From the NCBI GenBank assembly GCA_048941265.1, contig JBHLNT010000109.1:1-13900 (forward strand): a stretch of 13,900 bases of DNA. Reading direction: 5' to 3'. Within the stretch, counting starts at the first letter, position 1, and each line of letters opens with the position of its first letter. Under the pieces are notes generated by a model. The model was not told where the DNA came from, made no database searches, and was given only the letters and a program-made list of their open reading frames with translations. Both the position numbers and the translations under genes were made by a program. Positions 1 to 8,105 of the stretch are shown here, in pieces. Source of the stretch: Promethearchaeota archaeon (GTDB lineage: Archaea; Asgardarchaeota; Lokiarchaeia; Sigyniarchaeales; SOKP01).

Positions 1-132
1 GCAAGAGATGAAAATTTTGACCTTGTTATAATAGGAGAAAAGGTACACCACTCTATATTAGATAATTTATTCGGTTCAGTGCCAACACATATAATTAATG
101 ATACAGACAGTGATGTTTTAGTATTACATTAA
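1..132 (+). CDS. Universal stress protein (USP family), C-terminal fragment; 5' end outside the window
   Basis: Frame 1 translates ARDENFDLVIIGEKVHHSILDNLFGSVPTHIINDTDSDVLVLH* (TAA 130-132), matching the USP C-terminal pattern DLvviG-x(~12)-GSV-x(~10)-VLV. Not in the ORF track. Confidence 0.85.
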   Translation, partial: ARDENFDLVIIGEKVHHSILDNLFGSVPTHIINDTDSDVLVLH

Positions 133-173
133 TTTTACGATTTTTTATATATCTTTAATTTTTTTAAATTTTT
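133..173 (+). terminator. T-rich tracts after the USP stop, candidate archaeal oligo-T terminator
   Basis: Several T4-T7 runs follow TAA 132. Weak evidence in such an AT-rich genome. Confidence 0.3.
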
Positions 174-192
174 ATCCATTGCGGTGAAAATT

Positions 193-321
193 ATGGCAAG
201 CAAAAAAAAATTAAGATTTTGTTTTTATTGTGGTTCATTATTACCTGATTTCAATGAAATTAAAAACAACCATTGTCCATATTGTGGAGTTAAATTACCA
301 TATAAAAATAACAAAGAATAA
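193..321 (+). CDS. 42-aa zinc-ribbon / rubredoxin-like microprotein
   Basis: MASKKKLRFCFYCGSLLPDFNEIKNNHCPYCGVKLPYKNNKE*; two knuckles, CFYCG and CPYCG; archaeal SD GGTGA at 183-187, 5 nt before the ATG. Not in the ORF track. Confidence 0.8.
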   Translation: MASKKKLRFCFYCGSLLPDFNEIKNNHCPYCGVKLPYKNNKE

Positions 322-331
322 GAAAAAAAGA

Positions 332-1573
332 TTAATAATTTTCATTTTTTATCTTAGATGGTATTTTCTTAACTTCTTTAGCAAGTTTAGAAGCAAGTAA
401 TTCGCCTTTTTCTAGTTGATCATTCTTTGGAAAACCTCTATAAATTATTGGATCAGAGATATCCCATTCCATATTATTTGATAAATCATCAAAAACTTTT
501 TTAGCACCTCCACTCCATCCATAGGACCCAAAGAATAGCACCTTTTTATACTTCATACGTTTTTTGCTTAAAAGCTCCATTAAATATTTCATTGGAGGGA
601 ACATTTCATATTCATAAGTAGGAGCTCCTATTATTAATCCTGCTGATTTATATATATCGGATAATATAAAAGAAGGATTTTCATTAGGGACTCGATGAAT
701 TGTAACAGGAACTCCTTCTTTAGCTATTCCACTAAGAATCGCTTCAAGCATCGCTTCTGTGTTGCCATACATACTACCCCACACCATACAAATTTCGGGT
801 TCAGCAAAATCTCTATTATAATTTGCGTAGCGTTGATACTTTCTGATGACAACATCAGGTTTACCTCTCCAAATTAAACCATGCGATGGAGCAATCATCC
901 TAATATCCAAATTTTTTAATGAATCAATTGCTTTTATAACACTTGGAGAGAACATTGCAATTATATTTGCGTAATATCGTAGCATTTCCTGTTCCCAGTA
1001 AGTTTTATGATCTTCAGGAGTCTCATCATCAAATATACTGCCACGATGGACTCCAAATGCACCAAATGCGTCTCCAGAAAATAAAATTTTAGAGTCAGCT
1101 TCGTAAGTAACCATAGTCTCAGGCCAATGTACATTAGGGATTTCAGTAAAAATAAATTTCTTATTTTGGCCCAGATCTAGTTGATCCCCAGTCTTAACAA
1201 CTCTCACATTTTCTGTAATCCCATAAAAACCTTCAACCAACTCAGCTCCGCGTTTTGTCGTAATAATTTCTCCACCAGGAGCAAGAAGGTCAAATAAGTA
1301 AGTAAAACCAGTATGATCGGGCTCAAGATGATTAAATACAATGTAATCAATATCCTTAACTTGTATGGGAATGGATCGTAGTTTATTTAATAATATATGA
1401 GAGGCCCCGGCCCATTCTCTAACAAGTTCTATTATTGCAATTTTATCACCTTTCACGATATATGAATTTAAAGCAACACCATTCGGAATAGGCCAAATCC
1501 CTTCAAATAGATCTTCTGTATGGACATTTGCACCAACCCAATACACATCATCGGCTAGTTTAACAGCTCGCAC
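332..1573 (-). CDS. fprA: Flavodiiron protein (A-type flavoprotein; metallo-beta-lactamase diiron domain + flavodoxin domain), putative O2/NO reductase
   Basis: Diiron motifs NHLEPDH, VHWPE, SGDAFG, PSHG; flavodoxin motifs SMYGNT, GAPTY, FGSYGWSGGA. GTG start with GGTGA SD (tcacc 1580-1584 on +). Confidence 0.95.
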   Translation of the reverse strand: MRAVKLADDVYWVGANVHTEDLFEGIWPIPNGVALNSYIVKGDKIAIIELVREWAGASHILLNKLRSIPIQVKDIDYIVFNHLEPDHTGFTYLFDLLAPGGEIITTKRGAELVEGFYGITENVRVVKTGDQLDLGQNKKFIFTEIPNVHWPETMVTYEADSKILFSGDAFGAFGVHRGSIFDDETPEDHKTYWEQEMLRYYANIIAMFSPSVIKAIDSLKNLDIRMIAPSHGLIWRGKPDVVIRKYQRYANYNRDFAEPEICMVWGSMYGNTEAMLEAILSGIAKEGVPVTIHRVPNENPSFILSDIYKSAGLIIGAPTYEYEMFPPMKYLMELLSKKRMKYKKVLFFGSYGWSGGAKKVFDDLSNNMEWDISDPIIYRGFPKNDQLEKGELLASKLAKEVKKIPSKIKNENY

Positions 1574-1833
1574 TTATTCTCACCAAATTGGATTAATAAA
1601 ACTATGTATTTCATTATTTTAAGTGTTCTATAGTTTTCAAAAATCATATGATAATTAAATTGTTTTCTATTAAAAAATACTTTAAAATAAATTTGTAAAA
1701 AAAAATCTTCACTAATTTTAAGTTATCTAAATTTTTTTTTTTTTGCTATTTCGTTCTTTATTATAGTTGCAGTGAAAGTCGTATTAAAACTATATTTTTA
1801 TATTAATCGTTAACGAAATATACATGATGAATA

Positions 1834-2496
1834 ATGATCGATATCTTACTATTTATTACGGCCTTAATTTCAGCTATAATTTCATATTTAACCGGAGTTG
1901 TTTTCTTAATCTCATATCTTAAAGAACATAAATTTAACCGATTTTTATGGTGTATTGCTTTCATATTATATGCCATTGGTCATACAATAGCCGCAATATG
2001 TGCGACATTATCATTGGACAGTCAAACTTATCTGTTAGCGATGTGGGTATATGTAAACTTAAGCGGGGCTGGAACTACAGGACTAATATTATATTCTACA
2101 TTTCCATTTATTACAGAAAAACTTAAGTTAAAATTACTTATAACTGGCATTTTTATTGTTTTTTATGTTATTGGCAGCGCCCTTCTTGCTTTTGTACTGC
2201 CTGCTGAAAATCCATTGGCATTTGTAAATCCTACGAAACATACTCCGCTTAATAATATGAGTTGGTGGGTCGTTGAATTACTTATTCCTGTTTCTTTTTT
2301 CATCGGAATTGGATTTTTCAAGCATTACAGAATCACAGGAAGCAGATGGGGTCTCTTGATAAGTTTATCTTTTATTATATATGCAATTATCCTGTTTATC
2401 TGGCCTGTTCCTGAATTAAAACCTATATTTTACATAATACGTACCATATCTGTAACTTTACTCTGTATAGGAGGTGTATTCTTAGCCCAAGAATGA
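1834..2496 (+). CDS. Integral membrane protein with about 7 TM helices, function unknown
   Basis: 220 aa with seven hydrophobic segments of about 20 aa and short basic loops (KEHK, KLKLK, KHYR); TATA-like TTTTTATA at 1795-1802. Confidence 0.8.
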   Translation: MIDILLFITALISAIISYLTGVVFLISYLKEHKFNRFLWCIAFILYAIGHTIAAICATLSLDSQTYLLAMWVYVNLSGAGTTGLILYSTFPFITEKLKLKLLITGIFIVFYVIGSALLAFVLPAENPLAFVNPTKHTPLNNMSWWVVELLIPVSFFIGIGFFKHYRITGSRWGLLISLSFIIYAIILFIWPVPELKPIFYIIRTISVTLLCIGGVFLAQE

Positions 2497-2502
2497 TTAA
2501 TT

Positions 2503-3528
2503 TTAAAATTTATCAAACTTACTCATTAATATTTTATCGGCCACATTTTGCCGACCTCTCGATTTGAGAATGAGCCGAACGGCATAAAGTTCGTCGCTTT
2601 TTATTTTTATTTTCATATGTTTACGAATTTCTTTAAAAATATGCTTTTCAGGTAATTTTTGTATCAGTACTTCTTCCAATAGGTCTGCAACCTTCATTAG
2701 AATAGATATTTTCTGGCGTAAGAAAATAATCGCAGCATCATTATTACCCGTTTTTTGTGCATCTTGAAGATATCTCCGTATAGCATCATGAGCATCTTTA
2801 GAAATTTCACCAGTCTCTACAATTCCATATTTCATATTGATAACATAACTTCCAGGAGCTAAATCAGCACATTCATCTTTTACAATCAGATCATTATCAA
2901 AGATAAAGATATCGAGAAAGATCCTTTTAAATATGGAAAGTAGAGCAGTTGAGGAATCAAAATCTCCACATAAGACAAGAGGATTTTGTTGTAATAAACA
3001 CGAGATCATATCAATCATAATTTCTCCAAAGACTTTACAGGCTCCACTAAGAGTTAATTCTTTAGAAGCAACCAATTCCAAGATACTGATTTCTTTTCTT
3101 AACTTTTCAAATTTATTATTAAATTCAAGAAAAATTTTTTTTAGTTCTTCATATTTCTGAAAAATTTCAGTGTCTTTACTGTCATCTGCAATATATAAGC
3201 TTTTAAATATATTAGTGCGGTTAGCAATTCTTTCAGCGGCTTCCTTTAATAGATCATACAGTTTTTCATTGTTAAAACTAATTTCAGTAATTACTGAAAG
3301 CATTACCATTTCGTGATTTCCTCTAGCCCATAGGGAAGGGATCATAAAATTAATATTTGTGATTTTTAGATTATCATCTTTTAGAATAAACTCAAAAAAA
3401 GGATCCTCTGCTTCGAGATCAAATAATCCTTTTATTGTGTTCTTTATTTTACTTGGAACCTTTTCTGGAAAAGATAAAAAAATACTTGGTCCTTTGATAA
3501 CATCAAAATAAGATAATACAAATTGCAT
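2503..3528 (-). CDS. DENN-superfamily protein (longin/uDENN + cDENN + helical dDENN-like), folliculin/SMCR8/NPRL2-like eukaryotic signature protein
   Basis: N-terminal LSYFDVIKGP (F-x4-GP), FMIPSLWARGNHEMVMLSVI (ARG motif), central VFGEIMIDMISCLLQQNPLVLCG, helical C-terminus; all resemble recalled folliculin/SMCR8 segments. Confidence 0.7.
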   Translation of the reverse strand: MQFVLSYFDVIKGPSIFLSFPEKVPSKIKNTIKGLFDLEAEDPFFEFILKDDNLKITNINFMIPSLWARGNHEMVMLSVITEISFNNEKLYDLLKEAAERIANRTNIFKSLYIADDSKDTEIFQKYEELKKIFLEFNNKFEKLRKEISILELVASKELTLSGACKVFGEIMIDMISCLLQQNPLVLCGDFDSSTALLSIFKRIFLDIFIFDNDLIVKDECADLAPGSYVINMKYGIVETGEISKDAHDAIRRYLQDAQKTGNNDAAIIFLRQKISILMKVADLLEEVLIQKLPEKHIFKEIRKHMKIKIKSDELYAVRLILKSRGRQNVADKILMSKFDKF

Positions 3529-3676
3529 CTGTAATTTAACTCTTTTCCCATTTCTTTAGAGAATTTTTTTGGAAGCGTTTATGAAAATATAAAAATTGAA
3601 CTATTTAATGTTTTTTAAAATTGATAACATATATGAAAGAATATAATCTATGTGATTTACTTAAGACCAAATAAAA

Positions 3677-4264
3677 TTACTTTATATTTGAAAAATCTTC
3701 AAATTCAAATTGATTGAATTTATTAGTATAAATAAAATCTTTCAAAGGAAATCTTCCAGGTCTTCTTGCTTCTGTTTTTTTCATTAGATCAGTTAATTCA
3801 GGATACACTTTATTAGATTTTTTACCGATAATAATAAGAGAAATAATCCTCATATCATGCGGGATTTCAAGAATCTTTTTTACAATATTTTCCTCGAAGC
3901 CTGCAATAGGATGAGCAACTAAACCCAGTTCCGTAGCCCTTAATATCAAGAAACCTGTTGCAATTCCAGTATCGAATAAGTAATAAAGGCGTTCTTTAAT
4001 AATACAATCATTCTTCATGTTACTAAATACTACAATTATCATTGAGGCTCGCTGAATCCATTGATTTCCGGGAATAATGCTAGTAAAAAGTTTTTTTAAT
4101 TGATCCTCGTTGTATACAAAAACAAATCGCCAAGGCTGCGAATTTTTACAAGACGGTGCCATCTGTGCAGATTTAGCTAATTCTGTAATTAAATCCTTGG
4201 TTATTTGAACAGGATCAAGAGATCGGAAGCTTCTTCGTATTCTTATTGTTTCTTTTACATCCAT
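3677..4264 (-). CDS. Nitroreductase family flavoprotein (FMN-dependent)
   Basis: IRRSFRS, AQMAPSCKNSQPWRF and DTGIATGFLILRATELGLVAHPIAGF match the nitroreductase consensus. Confidence 0.93.
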   Translation of the reverse strand: MDVKETIRIRRSFRSLDPVQITKDLITELAKSAQMAPSCKNSQPWRFVFVYNEDQLKKLFTSIIPGNQWIQRASMIIVVFSNMKNDCIIKERLYYLFDTGIATGFLILRATELGLVAHPIAGFEENIVKKILEIPHDMRIISLIIIGKKSNKVYPELTDLMKKTEARRPGRFPLKDFIYTNKFNQFEFEDFSNIK

Positions 4265-4662
4265 TAAATTTTAACCCATGAACATTATTTAATTTAATAA
4301 ATAACATTATCTGTTTGATAAAATTAAACGCAGAATTTCAATCTTTTCCTTTCAATTATTTTTAAATTAAAGAGAAAAACAATCATAATTTATAAGGAAA
4401 ATCTTATAGATAAAGCGATTAAATAATAGAATTTGAAAAACAATTTATCTTAAATCACATTAAATTAAGAAGTATTGGCCAATTTAACAAAATAAAAATG
4501 ATTTTTGAAAATTTGGAATTTAATAAGAAAATCGAATATTTAATTGACTCATTAATTAACAAATTATTAGGTTAATGTTTATAAATTTATTTAATTCTTT
4601 GTGTTTTAGTAATTATTACATGTTAGAAAAAAATAATTTCAAAACTTAACAGAGGAATAAAA

Positions 4663-5820
4663 TTGAAGTTAGGATCAATAAAAGGAATTGAAATAAAATT
4701 ACATTTCTCCACGTTAGTTATAGTAGGATTAGTAGGATTTTATTCAGCTACATTCTTATTAAGTCTTGATCCAAAAGCTACATTAACAGAATTGATAATA
4801 GTTGCGATTTTAAATGGGATTATAATTATTTTTTCTATCCTAATTCATGAATTAACTCATTCTTTGATGTCATTACATTATGGCCTTAAAGTCAGTGAGA
4901 TTGAACTATATCTTTTTGGGGGCGTCTCTAAAATAGAGGAAGAACCAGTAACACCTAAAAGTGAATTAATTATTTCAGTATTAGGTCCGATCAGTTCATT
5001 AATTTTAGGAGGCATATTCCTAATCTTTTTCGGTTTGATAGGAAATGCTTTACCTGCTTGGTTATACGTAACTTTATTATACTCTGGAATAACTAATATT
5101 GGACTTGGTGTTTTTAACTTATTACCTGCATTTCCTATGGATGGTGGAAGGGTACTAAGAGCATACTTATGGAATAAAAGAAGTAACATTATTTCTGCAA
5201 CCAAAACCGCGTCTAGGATTGGTGTTTTTTTAGGCTATTCCCTCATTGTTATTGGATTTATTCAGATCTTATTTACAGGGATTTTTGCGGGGATCTGGTT
5301 AATATTAATAGGATCTTTTATTAATACGTCAGCAAGAAAATCTTATATTCAGACTGTAGATGATGTAACATTATCTCGTCTCAGTGTAAGGAATATTATA
5401 GGAGCATTGAACTTAAGAGACGTTATAGCAACTTTAAAATTGGAAATACCGTTTAATATGGTAATAAATGATGCTATAAGGAATTTTTTCATACCCTATA
5501 AAAAAGTATTTTTTCCAGTCATAAGAGGAAACGAGATCACTGGAATAATTCATATAGAAGATATAAAGAAAGTTCCTGTTGAAGAGAGATCACAATTAAT
5601 AGTCGGTTATATTGAGAAACCTCTATCAAACTTTCCATCTATTTATATCGAAGAAACAGGAAAAACTGCGTTAAAAAAGTTAATAGAAATGAAAACCTAT
5701 CCACATGTTATAGTCGTGAGAAAACAAGAAGATAACCAAATTATCGGTTTTATAAATGAACAAGATATATATACGGCAATAAAGTTCTGTGAATTGCATC
5801 CAGAAACTTGTCAGATATAG
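4663..5820 (+). CDS. Site-2 protease (peptidase M50, intramembrane Zn metalloprotease) with C-terminal CBS-like domain pair
   Basis: HELTH (HExxH), LYLFGGVS, FNLLPAFPMDGGRVLRA; C-terminal FPVIRGNEITGIIHIEDI and IIGFINEQDI are CBS-like. TTG start with AGAGGA upstream. Confidence 0.93.
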   Translation: MKLGSIKGIEIKLHFSTLVIVGLVGFYSATFLLSLDPKATLTELIIVAILNGIIIIFSILIHELTHSLMSLHYGLKVSEIELYLFGGVSKIEEEPVTPKSELIISVLGPISSLILGGIFLIFFGLIGNALPAWLYVTLLYSGITNIGLGVFNLLPAFPMDGGRVLRAYLWNKRSNIISATKTASRIGVFLGYSLIVIGFIQILFTGIFAGIWLILIGSFINTSARKSYIQTVDDVTLSRLSVRNIIGALNLRDVIATLKLEIPFNMVINDAIRNFFIPYKKVFFPVIRGNEITGIIHIEDIKKVPVEERSQLIVGYIEKPLSNFPSIYIEETGKTALKKLIEMKTYPHVIVVRKQEDNQIIGFINEQDIYTAIKFCELHPETCQI

Positions 5821-6441
5821 TATAATTTTTTAATAATATTTCTTAGCTCCTCTTTAATTCTTTTCTAACATAGAATCGGAATTTTATTTTAAAATTTTCT
5901 CCACTATTAATAATAAACATTTCCCTAAATCTAATTTTTGTGGAAATACAAAACCACTTAAGGATAAGTTAAGAGATTCATATACATTTACTTACTGAAA
6001 CTATAGAACATCCCACAGTATCTGAATTTAAAAATTTAAGCAAGATGGAAAATTAGAGGCAAAAAAAGGATAATAAATAAGTTTCAATTAAAGATTTGAG
6101 TTAATAAACTTAATTTAATTAATTGGAAATTTAAATTTTAAAGATTTTATTCCCATTTTGAAAAATCTTAAATAATAAAAATCATACTATTATTATAGAT
6201 AAAAATATGATTTGATATTTACCAATCTCAGTTTTTCTTATAGATTGAAAATTTCCCTTTGCATTTAACAAATCATCTCAATATAAGATAATAATTACAA
6301 TTACTTGATTGATTAAGGGATATTATTTTTTATTATTTCAACAGAAAAATTGACTTTATCATATTACGACATAGTTATTGCATACATATTGGGAAAAATC
6401 TTTTAAAAATTATTTTAAAGAGATAAATCTTCTGAAATACA

Positions 6442-6460
6442 GAAAAAAACCCTATAAATT
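6442..6460 (+). promoter_or_regulatory. Candidate BRE/TATA promoter for a leaderless transcript of the 6484-8704 operon
   Basis: GAAAAAAACCCTATAAATT; TATAAA at 6453-6458 ends 25 nt before ATG 6484, which has no properly spaced SD. Confidence 0.4.
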
Positions 6461-6483
6461 AAAGAAATAAATCAGTTTTAGGA

Positions 6484-6774
6484 ATGAAAAAATATTATTG
6501 TACCAAATGTAAAAGAAATCATTATCGTGGAAAAATATATGAAAATCATTTAAACTATAGAGAGATTAAAAATAAAAAACTTAATCCAAATCATAAAAAA
6601 AAAAAGTCTATTCCCTCAGATAGATTTATTGAATTTGATATTAACGAACTTCGGCCTATTGCTCGGCGTCAAATTCGAACGTTGGTTATGAAAATGAATC
6701 ACACTAAAAATTTTAGATTATATACAAAAGAGATTAATAAAATTATACTTCATGAAAAAGATTTATTAATGTGA
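6484..6774 (+). CDS. Small basic protein with N-terminal putative CCHH zinc finger
   Basis: CTKCKRNHYRGKIYENH = C-x2-C-x3-H-x8-H, Lys-rich linker, amphipathic helical C-terminus; stop overlaps the next start (GTGA 6771-6774). Confidence 0.75.
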   Translation: MKKYYCTKCKRNHYRGKIYENHLNYREIKNKKLNPNHKKKKSIPSDRFIEFDINELRPIARRQIRTLVMKMNHTKNFRLYTKEINKIILHEKDLLM

Positions 6775-8105
6775 AAAAGTTGCGGATTAAAATTTTTGAA
6801 GAATTGCTACCATTGGTAAATGTTTTTAAGACTATTGAAAAATCAATCAAATCTAAATTTAGAATCTCCAATAACTCTCAAATGTTCAAAAACTCTTTTC
6901 TAATCATAGCAATAAACCAAGAAAGTTATGCATTAATTATTCGTGGGTCCAAAGGAATACTGAAAAATAGATTAATAATTTCAGTAGTCGTATTAGATGT
7001 AAATGCAATTCCGATACTTTTAAAATCTAAAAAAAATCTGAAAGTCATTGAAAATTACTTATATGAATTGGTTATAACAGAATTTAATAATAAAGTACTC
7101 GATCCATTTAAAAAAATATTAGTTGAAAGCAAAGTTAATTCACAACATAAAAATAAGATTTTAATCGCTGAAAGGAATGTTTTAAATCAAATATTACAAG
7201 TTTTATACGAGGAATTTAATTATAATGATGATTTAATGAAATTTCCTTTTTCTGTCTTCAATATTGACAGGACTTGGGAATTTTGGGTAAAAATTTATGG
7301 TAAATATTTAAAGAAAATAGAAACTACTATAGTAAAAAGTAATAAAAACGCAATTAAAACCTATAAATATTATGATTTTGCTCTACCAAAAGAATTTTTT
7401 CCAAGAATTATTGATTTAATTATAATAGAGAATTCAAAAGGAACAAAGAATTCGATAAATATAAGAGAAACTAAAGAATTGGATAAAGAAGCGGATACAG
7501 ATGATAATTTCAAAAAGTCTGTAAAAAGGATTGGATTTATTTATGCTTATAAAAAACGAAGCCCAATGAGGCTTATTGATGTTCTTAAATTAACTGAAGA
7601 GGTAATAAAATTCATTCATGTATTTAAGAATAAAAGTATTAACAAAGATACCGAAATAAAACCAGTTATAATCTTATTATCCCTTTATGGATATGAGAAA
7701 AGAATAGGGAAATATTTGAGAGACCATTTGCATCATGACTATAAACACTTTATTCCGATATTTATTGCACCTCCAATAGATAATGAAATCTGGCATAATT
7801 TTGATGCGAATAAGGATTTAAGTCAAGAAGATGAAGTAGCTAAAAATAGAGCGAAACAATATATAAATCTCTATAAAAAAGATTCAAAAAGTTATAAATA
7901 TATTAAACACAATATACAAGATGCAAAAGAGAATTATAGTGAAATCCTAGATAGGGAGAAAGAAGCGAAAGAAAATTTTGAATTTGTTGATAGATGGTAT
8001 AAAATCTTAAATATTGACAAATTAAGTGAACTGTTAAATGTAATGGACGATAAGCATAAGGATCAAGATGAAATTGATAAAATTAAAATTTTAAGTGAAT
8101 GGTAA
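6771..8105 (+). CDS. Hypothetical protein with probable degenerate PD-(D/E)xK (Mrr/restriction-endonuclease-like) domain
   Basis: 444-aa ORF coupled to both neighbours. RIIDLIII...IGFIYAYKK..PMRLIDVLKL...VIILLSLYGYEKRIGKYL follows the motif order of Mrr-type domains but lacks the E/Q of (E/Q)xK. The CDS is solid; the fold call is tentative. Confidence 0.6.
   Translation: MKKLRIKIFEELLPLVNVFKTIEKSIKSKFRISNNSQMFKNSFLIIAINQESYALIIRGSKGILKNRLIISVVVLDVNAIPILLKSKKNLKVIENYLYELVITEFNNKVLDPFKKILVESKVNSQHKNKILIAERNVLNQILQVLYEEFNYNDDLMKFPFSVFNIDRTWEFWVKIYGKYLKKIETTIVKSNKNAIKTYKYYDFALPKEFFPRIIDLIIIENSKGTKNSINIRETKELDKEADTDDNFKKSVKRIGFIYAYKKRSPMRLIDVLKLTEEVIKFIHVFKNKSINKDTEIKPVIILLSLYGYEKRIGKYLRDHLHHDYKHFIPIFIAPPIDNEIWHNFDANKDLSQEDEVAKNRAKQYINLYKKDSKSYKYIKHNIQDAKENYSEILDREKEAKENFEFVDRWYKILNIDKLSELLNVMDDKHKDQDEIDKIKILSEW

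Noticed and set aside
695-877. 60-aa + strand ORF
   Set aside because: Antisense shadow inside fprA; no motifs or SD.
1834-2496. 7-TM protein as a microbial rhodopsin or heliorhodopsin
   Set aside because: Helix 7 has no retinal-binding Lys in a DxxxK/SxxxK context, and helix 3 lacks RYxDW/RWxEY.
2933-3160. 75-aa + strand ORF
   Set aside because: Antisense shadow inside the DENN-like gene.
4878-5204. 108-aa - strand ORF
   Set aside because: Antisense shadow of the M50 protease catalytic region.
4620-5871. 11-bp inverted repeat ATGTTAGAAAA / TTTTCTAACAT flanking the M50 gene
   Set aside because: Short and AT-rich, expected by chance; no transposase or target-site duplication.
5930-5975. 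Replication origin ORB box (GTGGAAA) in the AT-rich gap
   Set aside because: Lacks the TCCA half and G-string, is not repeated, and no cdc6/orc1 gene is in the window.
1624-6010. 13-mer AAACTATAGAACA on the minus strand at 1624-1636 and the plus strand at 5998-6010
   Set aside because: A single AT-rich pair in unrelated contexts; compatible with chance.
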